Shown in pieces: positions 10,891-22,641 of a stretch of 64,000 nt of DNA. Under the pieces are notes generated by a model, which was given only the letters and a program-made list of their open reading frames with translations, was not told the origin of the DNA and did no database searches. Position numbers and translations under genes: made by a program. Origin of the DNA: Anthoceros angustus (Eukaryota; Plantae; Anthocerotophyta); contig MU008153.1 in NCBI GenBank assembly GCA_010909165.1, positions 62,001 to 126,000 of the forward strand. The letters run 5' to 3'. Position 1 is the first letter of the stretch, and the number at the start of each line of letters is the position of its first letter.

Positions 10891-12267
10891 ATGGCAAGTC
10901 TTTCTCCCCATGTAGGGCCGTGTGTCAGGGCATGGGCAGAGGATACGTCATGTAGCAAAGCACGCGAGTCAGAGCTCCTGCTGATGAGACTGGATCGAGT
11001 CTGCCATGCCCCGCGGAGAAGGAGGCCGAAGGCTGTGAAAGTACCACCCTCCATCATCACTCGGGCTGAACATGGAGACCATGATCTGTCAGACACCCAG
11101 AAGCCAAAAGTGATCGTCATAGCCGGCCCGACGGCAGTAGGCAAGAGCACTGTGGCCGTGGAACTTGCCAAGAAGCTGGACGGCGAGATCGTGAGCGCCG
11201 ACTCCGTCCAGGTCTACAAGGGGCTGGACGTGGGGAGTGCCAAGACGGCACCGGCTGATCGCATGGGCATCCCTCACCACCTCATCGACATCATCTCTCC
11301 AGAATCGGAGTACGGCGCTGGAACCTTCTTCGACGATGCGCGCCAAGCCACCAGGAAGGTGCTGGACGCCGGGAGGGTCCCGATCGTGGTGGGCGGCACC
11401 GGCATGTACCTCAGATGGTACATCACGGGGAAGCCATCCACGCCCAAGTCTTCACATCATCTCTGTATAGCCGTGGAGAGGGAGCTCGCCGAGCTCCAGC
11501 GAACCGGCAACTGGGATCAGGCGGTGCAGGTGCTGGCGGACGCCGGTGACCCCGCCAGCGCCAACCGGCTGACGCGCAACGACTGGTACCGTTTGCACCG
11601 GACGCTGGAGATCGTGCGGGCGACGGGCCGGCCGCGGGCGCCGTTCGCGCTCAAAGGGAAGCGGAGTCCTTCCGACGCTGCTCCGATCGTGAACCTGGAT
11701 TTCGATTTTCGCTGCCATTTCCTCTACAAGCCCCGGCGGGAGCTCTACCGCCAGATCGATGTGCGGTGCGAGAAGATGGTGGCAGACCCGCTCGGCCTGC
11801 TGCACGAAGCTTCCTGGATGCTGGACTTAGGGTTACGGCCGAACACGAACCCCGCGACTCGGGCCATCGGGTACCGGCAGGCGATGGAGTATCTGGAGCG
11901 GTGCCGGGATGCCGGCGGGAGGAGCAGCGAGAAGGAGCTTTACGATTTTCTGTCGTCCTTCCAGAAGGCTTCCAGAAATTTTGTGAGGAAGCAGTTGACG
12001 TGGTTCCGGGAGGATCCGCTTTTTCGGTGGAGGAATGCGCAGGTGCCTGTGGCGGAGCTGTTGGATCTCATGGTGGAGGATTATCGCGGTTTGTCCGAGC
12101 CCTCGGTGCCCAGTGGCGACCTGGAAGGTTTGTTGCGAAGCTGCGACGAGGAGCATGATCACGCCACGTACAAGCCGCAGCTCCGGATATACCGAGATGC
12201 TGATGCGCGCGACAGGACCCTGGACTGGATCAGTAGGACTCAGAAGATGAGGAGGCCCGATACGTGA
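10891..12267 (+). CDS. IPT9: tRNA dimethylallyltransferase (MiaA-like class I tRNA-IPT, IPT9 type) with N-terminal extension
   Basis: VIVIAGPTAVGKS P-loop, ADSVQVYKGLDVGSAK, PHHLID, VVGGTGMYL, NDWYRL.RTLEI, RAIGYRQ, RKQLTWFR; single uninterrupted ORF. Confidence 0.9.
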   Translation: MASLSPHVGPCVRAWAEDTSCSKARESELLLMRLDRVCHAPRRRRPKAVKVPPSIITRAEHGDHDLSDTQKPKVIVIAGPTAVGKSTVAVELAKKLDGEIVSADSVQVYKGLDVGSAKTAPADRMGIPHHLIDIISPESEYGAGTFFDDARQATRKVLDAGRVPIVVGGTGMYLRWYITGKPSTPKSSHHLCIAVERELAELQRTGNWDQAVQVLADAGDPASANRLTRNDWYRLHRTLEIVRATGRPRAPFALKGKRSPSDAAPIVNLDFDFRCHFLYKPRRELYRQIDVRCEKMVADPLGLLHEASWMLDLGLRPNTNPATRAIGYRQAMEYLERCRDAGGRSSEKELYDFLSSFQKASRNFVRKQLTWFREDPLFRWRNAQVPVAELLDLMVEDYRGLSEPSVPSGDLEGLLRSCDEEHDHATYKPQLRIYRDADARDRTLDWISRTQKMRRPDT

Positions 12268-12840
12268 AGCGGCAGGAAGCTCGGCAACCTAGACTTGTAC
12301 CTCTGTTCACTTGGCTCGGCGCTGGTTGTTATTACTGTCATGGAAGCATTGGCCCCGTCGCGTATCTCCGATGCGGGGAGGAGGAGGACGCTTCAAGGGC
12401 TCGGAGAAGTACATCCATCATGTCTTTACCCCTGCAGACCCTCTGCGGGTTTGAGAGGACATGAGTTCTGCTCTTGATATCTAATCGACACGATGTCGGA
12501 TGATCACACCGATGAAGACCAATGAAGATTAAAGGAAGAGAACCCTGCAAAAGGTTCGCACCCGGAAAAACAAAACGTTTAATAACGAGATGGAATCATA
12601 GAGATCCTAACACTATCCCTACGATGTGCCGGATTTATAATGCATGATATTTCATACAAGCTAGCAGCCTTGGGGCCTGTGCCTATGAGATGTAGTCTCA
12701 TTATCTTCACACTATGCCTTTTATTATCTTCACACTTTTCTAAAGTAGGATGTGGCTGTCTTTGGCTTCTCTGATTTCATCTCATTTGGACCTTGATATT
12801 TAGTTCATCGTGAATCTATTTGAATATTCGAGTACAAGTT

Positions 12841-12988
12841 CGCTGAACATCCTAAGACACATTACTTTACTATATATGATTCATGATATTGATTTGGGCC
12901 TTAATATTTAGTTTCGCTGAACATCCTAAGACACATTACTTTACTATATATGATTCATGATATTGATTTGGACCTTAATTTTTAGTTC
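12841..12988. repeat. Tandem duplication, 2 x 74 bp, AT-rich
   Basis: cgctgaacatcctaagacacattactttactatatatgattcatgatattgatttgg at 12841 and 12915. Confidence 0.85.
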
Positions 12989-13619
12989 ATCGTGATAAGT
13001 AACTATCAAATATTTGAACCTTAACCCTAGATGGACCGTACGATTCAAATTGAATCTTTGATGTCCGAAACCTCAATATCTTTAAAATTGCAACGTTTTC
13101 TCTAGTGTATCCAAGAAATATTTTGTTCCTCATATTATCATCTATCTACTTCTAGGTTTTTATAAAATAAATCAGGCAAAACAAATTGGGAAAAATCTCG
13201 CTGTCGTTTCCGATCACAATTGCAGGCCATGGAGATTGTAGGATTTCGTGCTTTCCGGTGGGGATGTGAAGCACACCGATGTCTTCTACATGCCCAAAGG
13301 GCAAGACGGGTGTCATCTGCAGTTGAGACATCTGGTCTTATGCGTCCAGTTGAGGAATCATCGCGCACAAGGCAATGGGTTCATATCTCATTTCGAACAC
13401 ATATGTTTTGGAAAATATTGATCTCCAACAATTGAGAAAAGAAAGGGCTACGCATCCGTAATTTTTTAATGAATTTTTAGTGCCTAATTTCTTCCGACAA
13501 GAAAAGAAACGTAAAATCCATTTCATTCCAAATACATAGTCGGTTAAATCTGGAGTTAAATGATCTTGGAGGCAATAAGGCAACCATCTTATAAAACAAA
13601 ACCACATGAGGCATAGTCC

Positions 13620-13860
13620 CACACGCTCAACCATTGTTTCCCTTTGCTCCCACCAGGTACCAACAATGCCATCCAACGACAGGGAGGCTAATTCAGCATG
13701 AGCAGTCTTCGGAATGGTCTGCAATAGCAGATACTTGCCCATCTTATGAATCCAATGGTCAAGTGCAGTTGGGTCCCTAGCCCCCGAATACATTATAAGA
13801 GGCTTCAGTTTCAACCCCGTGTAAAAGGCAAAGCCCCGGGCTTGGGACACCTCCAACTAC
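13620..13860 (-). mobile_element. Ty3/Gypsy gag fragment
   Basis: YSGARDPTALDHWIHKMGKYL...LASLSLDGIVGTWWEQRE resembles the retrotransposon gag N-terminus. Confidence 0.7.
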
Positions 13861-14809
13861 ACCATCCTTTTTTCATGAGCAAGAAGAGATTGTGCAAATC
13901 ATTCCATGGTAGTGGCGATGGTTGGGGGAGTAGGTGGGTTTAAACTTTCACCCATCAAGATGGCAATCCCCCAATTTACCGCTCCTGGAGTTCAAGCATC
14001 TCGTTCCGCCAAGTGCCTACTCCCGAAACAAGCGCCCTCAAATCTGGCCCGTTACCACTCTGCTAGTCCCCGCCACCAACTTGTTGTTCTTCGTCTCTGT
14101 GTACTCACACCTCCAAATCCAACGATCTCCTAGCAGCCAAGCGTCCTCACCAAAGTCCGCAAACAAGAAAACCATGTATATAGCAGGTTCTCCCAAGTTC
14201 CAGGTGATTGGAACCAACACTCCACCCCGCTCCTGGCCAATCCAAATGCCATTTCAAGCTCAAAGAGAGCCAAATTCCACGCCCACCCTTACACAACATT
14301 CCACCAATCATTAGCATCCACTAGGCGATTCCTTAACACTTCCACAACCACACCTACCCACAAACAACTGACGATGTTCGTATTCATGCAACAATGATAA
14401 AATACTTAGCAGACTATCTCGGGTAGGGGGGATAGTTAGAACTCCTCGCGTTCTCCAATAGCCAGACGTATTGCGATCGGACCACCGGCGCTCGAGGCAC
14501 CGACTGAGGCCTCATGATGTGGTGAGGCTATTGCCACATCCAACACACTAAGCCATGAAATCCTCTCCACTCCCAGCAGTCGCTACAGTGTGAAGGTGTG
14601 GACTCTCCACAGCTAACACCGTTTTGTGAACAGAACTCGGCACGTTCATGTTGCCACACCAGCCAAATTCAATGTCAGCAACGGGTAGCAGGCCTCCTTG
14701 GACCGGAGCAAGTGACCTGGAAGATGTGGAAAGTGTATTAGTTCAGGCCGAACACATTTGCAATCATCTTCCAGATGACGCAGCTCGGCCAGCTAACATT
14801 GTCGACCAG

Positions 14810-14830
14810 GCTCTGATACCAATGTAACAC
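14810..14830 (-). mobile_element. LTR end plus tRNA-iMet primer-binding site of a minus-strand LTR element
   Basis: Minus strand reads GTGTTACA-t-TGGTATCAGAGC (plus strand gctctgatacca 14810-14821, tgtaacac from 14823). Confidence 0.8.
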
Positions 14831-15153
14831 GCTTGCCCAGAAAATCATGTCTGCTCTATTGCGAGATCCGAATTTGTACAAGGCACTTGTCGGTGATCCA
14901 CCGCTACTAACAGTGCCCATCCTACCTCCGAAGAGTTACTATTGCTTCTATCATGCCCCATCATATTTACCCTAAACTACCCCAATAATTACTTTCTCTC
15001 TTATCCACTTACTTTCTATATTTACTATGTTTACCTTCTTTTATACCAAATTACCTAATGATCGAGAAAGTTATTTGTAATATATCTTCCACGATCTTGT
15101 TTCCCATTCATTTCTTACCCCCCTCCTTTTATCCCTTCGGCCGCGCTCATCTC

Positions 15154-17087
15154 CTAACGAATCTTCCTCCGAATCCTCGCTGGTCTCTTCTTCCGTGGAA
15201 CTATTCGAGGAGTCTGCTGAAGAGCTATCTTCCTCCGTGGAACTGTCATCGGAGGACGAGGGTACTTCTTCTTCTTCTTGGATTTCTTCTTGTCCTTCCG
15301 TGCGCCCTTGTTCGATTTCTTTTGCGCTTCCGCGTTGGATTCCTCGTAATTCAGGGCGGCTTTGATTGCTCGATCCAAATCTTTCTCAGCTTGGAGCCGT
15401 ACATGCTTCCCCATCTCCGTGCCCAGACCTCTTGCGAACCAACGGATTGCCATTAATTTCGAGTGAGGACCAGCACGATCCCGCAGCTGTGGAACCTTTC
15501 CACATAAGCCTGCATGGTCTCCTTCTTCCCTCTCCGCAATCCCTCGAGTTTGGACAGGACATACCCTTCCACATCGACTCCTCTAAACCTTTCGCAAAAG
15601 GCTCTCTTCAAGGCCCCAAAGGTGGCTGGGGGTGTGGAAGAAGCTATATACTCCCGTTTGTACCACTTGGCCGCCGCTCCGCGTAGGACCCCATAAAACA
15701 GCTGGGGGCGACCTCTCGCTCCGCAGCTTCTTCGCATCCTGAGCGATACGGGCAAAGATGATTCGCCCCCATTTTGCCCTCTTGCTCTTCTGGAGGGCGT
15801 GCATGAAGACCAACAAATTGTCACCAAGGTGGTCTACCTTTGTGAGCATGTTCCAGTGGACGATAATTTTCGCCACTCACCCGTCGGTCCAGCAAGTCCA
15901 ACATGAGCCAACAATTGGAGGACCGCTGCATCCCCGGCCTTAAGAGCGCCACCTTGGCTGCTTCCACCTTCCCTTTCACCTTCAGGGGCTCCGGCACTAC
16001 GCCCCCTACCTCCTTTGCCGGGCGATTGTAGACCGCCCTAAGGACCTCCACTGTCCACCTCCTTGGGTCCTCCCGCAAGCTTTTGGAGCACACAGCCTTG
16101 GTGGCTATAGCCAACATCTTCCGGGCGTATTCTCGGACCAGCGCAACGCTGTCAACGGTCCATACTGCCTGGAAAATGTCAAGGTGCCACTACTGCACCA
16201 GCTCCTCCGCCTCGGCCAACCAGGGGCCAAAATCTGGGGAGCGCCTCGTGACGATGTTCTTCTCTACCAAGCGCCAAGGCTCCCAGACCTCCGCTGCCTT
16301 CTTAGGTCCCATGCTCGCTCCAGCAGTCGACCCTCAGTATGGTGGTGGGATACTTCCATGAGCTTCAAAGTTCAAAAGAGATGGGCACCCTATTTGAAGG
16401 CGAAGATCGCTCGGCGCTGCGCTCGAATGTCGGAGAAAGCTTGGCGGGGTGTCTGGCCATTGTGGCTGTGAGTCGGTCGGAAGGGTGGTCTTCTCTCAGC
16501 GTCGAGGCGTCTGGCGTAATTGATCTTGTGGAGGCGCCCTTCATTTGCCCGTCGCCAGAGTCCTACATCGTGTACTCCAACTTTACGCCCGCCACCTTTT
16601 TGGCGCTGTCCTTGGGTCGTGGTTACCTGCCTATAATGGCCGCTGACAACTCTGCGGTCCCGGTCCCCTGCATGTCCGTCCTCCACTCAACACCGTCCAC
16701 ATGGCCCGCTTGCCTATTACGCTTCACCCCTTTTCCACAGTTACCTTTTCCACCTGACTTACCGTGTTCTACTCTGGAGTTTAGTTCGGAGTGACCTCCT
16801 CCGAAGTTTAGTCCGGAGTGACCTACTCCAGAGTTTAGTCCGGAGTGACCTACTCCAGAGTTTAGTCCGAAGTGACCTCCTCCAGAGTTTAGTCCGGAGT
16901 GACCTACTCCGGAGTTTAGTCCGAAGTGTCCAACGTTGTCTGAACCCGACCTTTTCTTCCGTCCCCTTGTCCATCGCAATTCCCCCTCTTCAACCTTATT
17001 TTCCCTTTTCCGCCTTATTTTCCATACCACACACTAAAGAAAACAAAAAAACAATTCGTCTATCACCTTCCTAAGGGGGAGTCCACA
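15154..17087 (-). mobile_element. Second Ty3/Gypsy fragment with disrupted gag; putative LTR terminus at 17087
   Basis: LRGAAAKWY...TFGALKRAFCERF...LSKLEGLRRGKKETMQAYVERF (15453-15710) continues in another frame as AIRWFARGL...DLDRAIKAALNYEE; minus strand begins TGTGGACTCCCC at 17087, abutting a Copia fragment. Confidence 0.7.
16774..16931. repeat. 27-bp minisatellite, ~6 copies
   Basis: Consensus ccagagtttagtccggagtgacctact, units starting at 16774, 16801, 16828, 16855, 16882, 16909. Confidence 0.9.
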
Positions 17088-17088
17088 T

Positions 17089-17400
17089 TTCTTTCCTTGT
17101 CCACAGGGTCTCTTGCCCAATCAGCATGGCAGTAGGCTGTGAGTTGGAGATCACCAAGAGTCTTACCGAAACAGAGTCCTTTCCTTGGAGAGCCCTTCAA
17201 GTATCTAAAGATTCTCTTCTCAGCTGGCCAATGGGCAAGCCTTGGGTTTTCTAGAAATTGGCTAAAAGTACCAATGGCTCTGGTGATATCTAATCTAGTC
17301 CAGTTTGACAAGTAAATGAGGGACCCCACAGCCTGTTTATATGGTTTAGAAGCCATTTCCAGCTTTTCAGCTTCCGTACTGAGACATTGCTCAAGGGGTA
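17089..17400 (-). mobile_element. Copia RT/RNase H junction fragment, same family as the array, frame intact
   Basis: PYKQAVGSLIYLSNWTRLDI...AHWPAEKRIFRYLKGS...YCHADWA. Confidence 0.85.
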
Positions 17401-17972
17401 TGTCATGCCATGTGATACTAATCTCTGCACTTGGGTTTAGTGTTTGATTAGCATTAATTAATCTAATTACTTATCTTTAAATAAGTAATTATTGTTAATT
17501 AGATTTGGGTTTAGTGTTTGATTAGCATTAATTAATCTAATTAATTATCTTTAGATAAGTAATAATTGTTAATTAATCTAAGATGCTTATGTTAATTAAG
17601 CATTGATTCGTGTTAATTAAACATGGTTAGCAAAGCTAAGTGGATAAGCTCAAGTAATATGCTTTGGCATATTCCTTGTATATTATAATGTATTCTTAGG
17701 ATATTTCCGGCATATGCTGATGCCAATAGGATATCTTGGGAATATGTCGATGCTAAGGGCTAGTATATATAGACCCTTCCATTGAGGACAAGCTCAGATC
17801 ATAGCTTGTCCTCTAGATATGCAATGCAAGGGTGTTGTGAAGAGGCCAAAGCTATGACTCCAAGAGCGATGTGTGAGGAATTTGCGTGTTGAGTGTGTTT
17901 GTGCCACGATGTGCGAGCTACTCCCTCATGTTGTTACAAGCTATGATCTTGTGTGTGTACACTAGATATTCA
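17401..17972 (+). mobile_element. Putative LTR, AT-rich with internal ~74-bp duplication
   Basis: Starts TG, duplicated ttgggtttagtgtttgattagcattaattaatc (17431, 17505), TATATATA at ~17765, ends CA followed by TGGTA. Confidence 0.4.
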
Positions 17973-20900
17973 TGGTAGGATTGATAGGCCGTGCTAGGCT
18001 TAGTGTGCTAGGCGATGCTAGGCGATGCAACGCTGCCGCCTTCTTCTCCTTGCCTCCTCGCGAGGAAGAACCCTTGGCAGGCGGCTCCTTCCCCTTGCCT
18101 TTCCCAGCTCGAGGCATGGTGCTTGGCTTCTCAAGTGCTTGAGAAATCACTTCCCAACGGAGGCTTGAAATTCCACACCTCAGCACCTCTTCCTTGTTGT
18201 GGTAGAACGCTCTCCCTGCGGCCTACGTTAGTCTGGTTTGAATCTTCCACCGCCACCAATTTCCTCGCGACTTCAGGCGGTAGCCGGTAAGCAATCGGGG
18301 CTCCTTCCGCTCACACCTCACGATGCTCCTCAGGCCTATGGTTCACGGCTTTAAACTGCGCCTCTCTAAGCGTTTGTCGCCTCCTCACGGTTGCACCGAG
18401 CTCGGAAAAAAACTCCCACGCTCCAGGATGCTGGATGTCTTCCTCTTCCGCTCCACCACGCTCAGCTGGGGCTCTCTCTCTTTCCTCAGCTCGCGCGCCG
18501 TCTTCTTCTTGTGCGCGGCGACGACGGCGATGGCGATGGCAGTTTACACTCTTCCTTCACTTTCTTCTCCTTCTCCTTACGTCCCAACTTCAGTCCGTCG
18601 CGAAGTGGAGGAGGAGCTGCCAAATTCGCACTTTGCCCTCTTTAGATGTCTGCCACCTGGAGGCCTCGTAACCCTAGATTGGGTTTCCCATTCCTAAATT
18701 CCTATTTTCCTATTTCCCTACCCTATGCATATCCCCGAATCAATTACTTTCTAATTAATCCTATTCATCTATTCCCCTATTGGTGAGCATATATAGTGGA
18801 TATTCCCCCTATTCTAATTTCCTTTTAGCCGAGTTCGTGACCTACCACGGTCTCTTGCCTCCTCGCGACTTCATGAGTCCGCTCCCTTTCTCGACCTACC
18901 GGTGGTGTGCCCTACGGCGGTAGTCTACCTACCAACCTTTGGTGCCCTCCCGCCTCATCCGGGGTCGTTTTAACCGTTTTCCTCACAGGATATCCTCTTC
19001 GCCTTCCTAACGATATTTTACCATGCTCTTCTTCAATCGTTCCTAGCCAAAAAAAATCAAACTTGTTCGTCTTGGGCTCTTTTGGGTGGTTGCCCAAACT
19101 TTTGCGTTCCACGGTACTCCTCCATCAACTCGCTCCACTACCTGCTACAAAACTTGAGATGGCAACATTTGATGTCGTGGAACTTGCCTTGGTTGTTGTT
19201 TACTTGTTGCCTTACATTCGATCGTGTGCTTAGGTTTGCAAGACAAGATCCCACTTGATGAGTAGATGGATGGACTAGGCTAGTGAGCAACTCCTTAGAG
19301 TTTGCAGCTAGAATATCAATGGCCCCTACAGCTAGAGTGTGCTTTTCATGTAGTACCCTAGGGAGCTTTATATTGGGCCGGGCTATAGCTGGTGTAAATC
19401 TTTCAAGAAACTACGAACCCAAAAAAACTCCTTAGGTGCCTGAGTCATTGCCCCATATGCGGCTTCCGTTGAAGATAGGCAGCTGGTGCTCGACTTCTTT
19501 GATGACCACGAAGCGAGTCATCCCAAGAAACATACAATAGGCGGTGGTGCTCGACTTTGATGACCACAGCGAGTCATCCCAAGAAACATACAATAGGCGA
19601 CCACACTCTTCCTTGTCCACGGGGTCTCTTGCCAGTCGGGCAGGCGTGAGTTGGAGATCACCAAGAGTCTTACGAAGCGAGTCCTTTCCTTGGAGAGCCC
19701 TTCAAGTATCTAAAGATTAACTTCTCTGGCCAATGGGCAAGCCTTGGGTTTTCTAGAAATTGGCTAAAAGTACCAACGGCTCTACGGTGATATCTAATCT
19801 AGTCTAGTTTGACAAGTAAATGAGGACCCCACTGTCTATATGGTTTAGAAGCCATTTCCAGCTTTTCGACTTCCGTACTAAGACCTTTGCTCAAGGGTAG
19901 CTTGTCATCTATACTCATTGGCATTGATACAGACGGGCGTCTACCACATTAAACCTTCGCAAAAGCTGTGCAAAGTGTGCACGATGAATGTCAATGGTCT
20001 TATCTTTGCTATTAAAATGGAACTAGCCACGAGGAAAGGTAAGTTGCCCTAGGTCATTCATCTCAAATCAAACTTGGTAAGTAAGATCTTCTTAATCCTC
20101 GGCCCATCGTTGTTGAGGTACTAAGCAGGATGTTGTCATCCACATAAACAGCCGAGGATTAGAAAGTCTACTCCTTCACTTAGCAAGTACACCTTGTCAA
20201 CGTCCATACAAATGAAGCCTACCTCTATAAGGAGTTGATGGAATACCTCATTCCGTGCTCTCAAGGATCGCTTGAGGCCATAACGTGTTTTAAGCAACTT
20301 ACACACTTTGTCCTCATCAACAATGAAGCCCTCGGTTGACACATAAAATCTCCCCTCCAGCGTGCCATTCGGAAAAGTGGTCTTCACATCCAGTTGATGC
20401 ACTAGTAGGTTGTAGTGGGCGATTAGTGCAAGGAGGATTCGAGAGAATTGGATTTGACAACGGTGAAAAGGTTTCGTTATAGTCTAGACCACGGACTTGG
20501 TTGTAGCCCTTGGTAACAAGGCGTGCCTTGTATCGACCACGGTGATGTCGCGACTTCTTTGTAGTCGCTCCCTTTCTCGACCTACCGGGCATGGTGTGGC
20601 GACCCTACGGCGGTAGTCTACCAGCCTACCAACCTTTCGGACTGCCCTCCTGCCTCATCTGGGGGTCGTTTTAACCCGTTTTTCCTCCTGGGATATCCTC
20701 TTCGCCTTCCTAACGATATTTTACCATGCTCTTCTTCAATCGTTCCTAGCCAAAAAAAATCAAACTTGTTCGTCTTCGGGCTCTTTTGGGCTGGTTGCCC
20801 AAACTTTTGCGTTCCACAGCAGTACTCCCTCCATCAACTACGCTCCACTACCTCTGCTACAAAACTTGAGATGGCAACATTTGATGTCGTGGAACTTGCC

Positions 20901-21189
20901 TTGGTTGTTGTTTGTTAGCGATCTTCACATTCAGTCGTGTGCTTAGGTTTGCAAGACAAGATCCCACTTGATGAGTAGATGGATGGACAGCTAGGCTAGT
21001 GAGCAACTCCCTTAGAGTTTGCAGCTAGAATATCAATGGCCCCTACAGCTAGAGTGTGCTTTTCATGTAGTACCCTAGGGAGCTTTATATTGGGCCGGGC
21101 TATAGCTGGTGTAAATCTTTCAAGAAACTACGAACCCAAAAAAAACTCCTTAGGTGCTGAGTCATTGCCCCATATGCGGCTTGAAGATA

Positions 21190-21312
21190 GGCGGTGCTCG
21201 ACTTCTTTGATGACCACGAAGCAGAGTCATCCCAAGAAACATACAATAGGCGGTGGTGCTCGACTTCTTTGATGACCACGAAGCAGAGTCATCCCAAGAA
21301 ACATACAATAGG
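21190..21312. repeat. ~60-bp tandem duplication at the start of the Copia RNase H (2 copies per unit, 3 at 62938-63110)
   Basis: gtgctcgacttctttgatgaccacgaagcagagtcatcccaagaaacatacaatagg repeated; encodes YCMFLGMT..SWSSKKSSTTA. Confidence 0.85.
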
Positions 21313-22585
21313 CGACCACACTCTTCCTTGTCCACGGGGTCTCTTGCCGGTCGGCATGGCGGTGGAGTTGGAGATCACCAAGAGTCTTAAAGCGAGTCCT
21401 TTCCTTGGAGCCCTTCAAGTATCTAAAGATTAACTTCTCAATGGGCAAGCCTTGGGTTTTCTAGAAATTGGCTAAAAGTACCAGCTCTGGTGATATCTAA
21501 TCTAGTCTAGTTTGACAAGTAAATGAGGACCCCACTGTCTATATGGTTTAGAAGCCATTTCCAGCTTTTCGACTTCCGTACTAAGACACCTTTGCTCAAG
21601 GGTAGCTTGTCATCTATACTCATTGGCATTGATACAGACGGGCGTCTACCACATTAAACCTTCGCAAAAGGCTGTAAGTGTGCGATGAATGTCAATGGTC
21701 TTATCTTTGCTATTAAAATGGAACTAGCCACGAGGAAAGGTAAGTTGCCCTAGGTCATTCATCTCAAATCAAACTTGGTAAGTAAGATCTTCTTAATCAC
21801 ATCCATCGATTATTTTCAGCAGGATGTTGTCATCCACATAAACAGCCGATTAGAAAGTCTACTCCTTCACTTAGCAAGTACACACTTTGTCAACGTCCAT
21901 ACAAATGAAGCCTACCTCTATAAGGAGTTGATGGAATACCTCATTCCGTGCTCTCAAGGATCGCTTGAGGCCATAACGTGTTTTAAGCAACTTACACACT
22001 TTGTCCTCATCAACAATGAAGCCCTCGGTTGACACATAAAATCTCCCCTCTAGCGAGCCATTCGGAAAAGTGGTCTTCACATCCAGTTGATGCACTAGTA
22101 GGTTGTAGTGGGCGATTAGTGCAAGGAGGATTCGAGAGAATTGGATTTGACAACGGTGAAAAGGTTTCGTTATAGTCTAGACCACGGACTTGGTTGTAGC
22201 CCTTGGTAACAAGGCGTGCCTTGTATCGACCACGGTGCCCCAAGATGTTAGCTTCTTCTTGAAGACCCTCTTGCATGCTATTGGCTTCCTTCTAGAAGGT
22301 AAGGTGACAAGTTTCTAGCTGTTATTCCGAATGAGGGAATTGTATTACGAATCTATTGCTACTTTCCAAAAGGAAGATTCAGTCCCTCTATGGCTTCCTT
22401 GTAGGTAGCGGGTTCTCCTAAGGACTGCAACACTCAAAGCTACATCTTGGGATAAGCTGAGTAGTCAGTACCTATGAAGTCACCTTGCCACTTCCATTGA
22501 TGGATAGGTCTACATGCCCTCTCGGCAACGCAACTCAGTGGATGAGGTTGAAGAGGGATCGTCTTCTATGGGTCCAATGACCATT

Positions 22586-22641
22586 GGTTTTGGCTTTGGC
22601 TTTGGCTTTGGCTTTGGCTTTGGCTTTGGCTTTGGCTTTGG
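22586..22641. repeat. (GGCTTT)n microsatellite encoding a (Pro-Lys)n tract in the Copia INT-RT linker
   Basis: About 7-9 hexamer units, present in all seven linker copies. Confidence 0.9.

Noticed and set aside
16774-16931. CRISPR-like array
   Set aside because: Units are contiguous with no unique spacers, no cas genes are present, and the context is eukaryotic. The same applies to the 60-bp RNase H repeats.
22586-22641. (TTTGGC)n as a telomere-like repeat, or the poly-AK/GF/WL ORFs as proteins
   Set aside because: It is not TTTAGGG and sits at a fixed position in the Copia INT-RT linker as (PK)n; the other frames are shadows.
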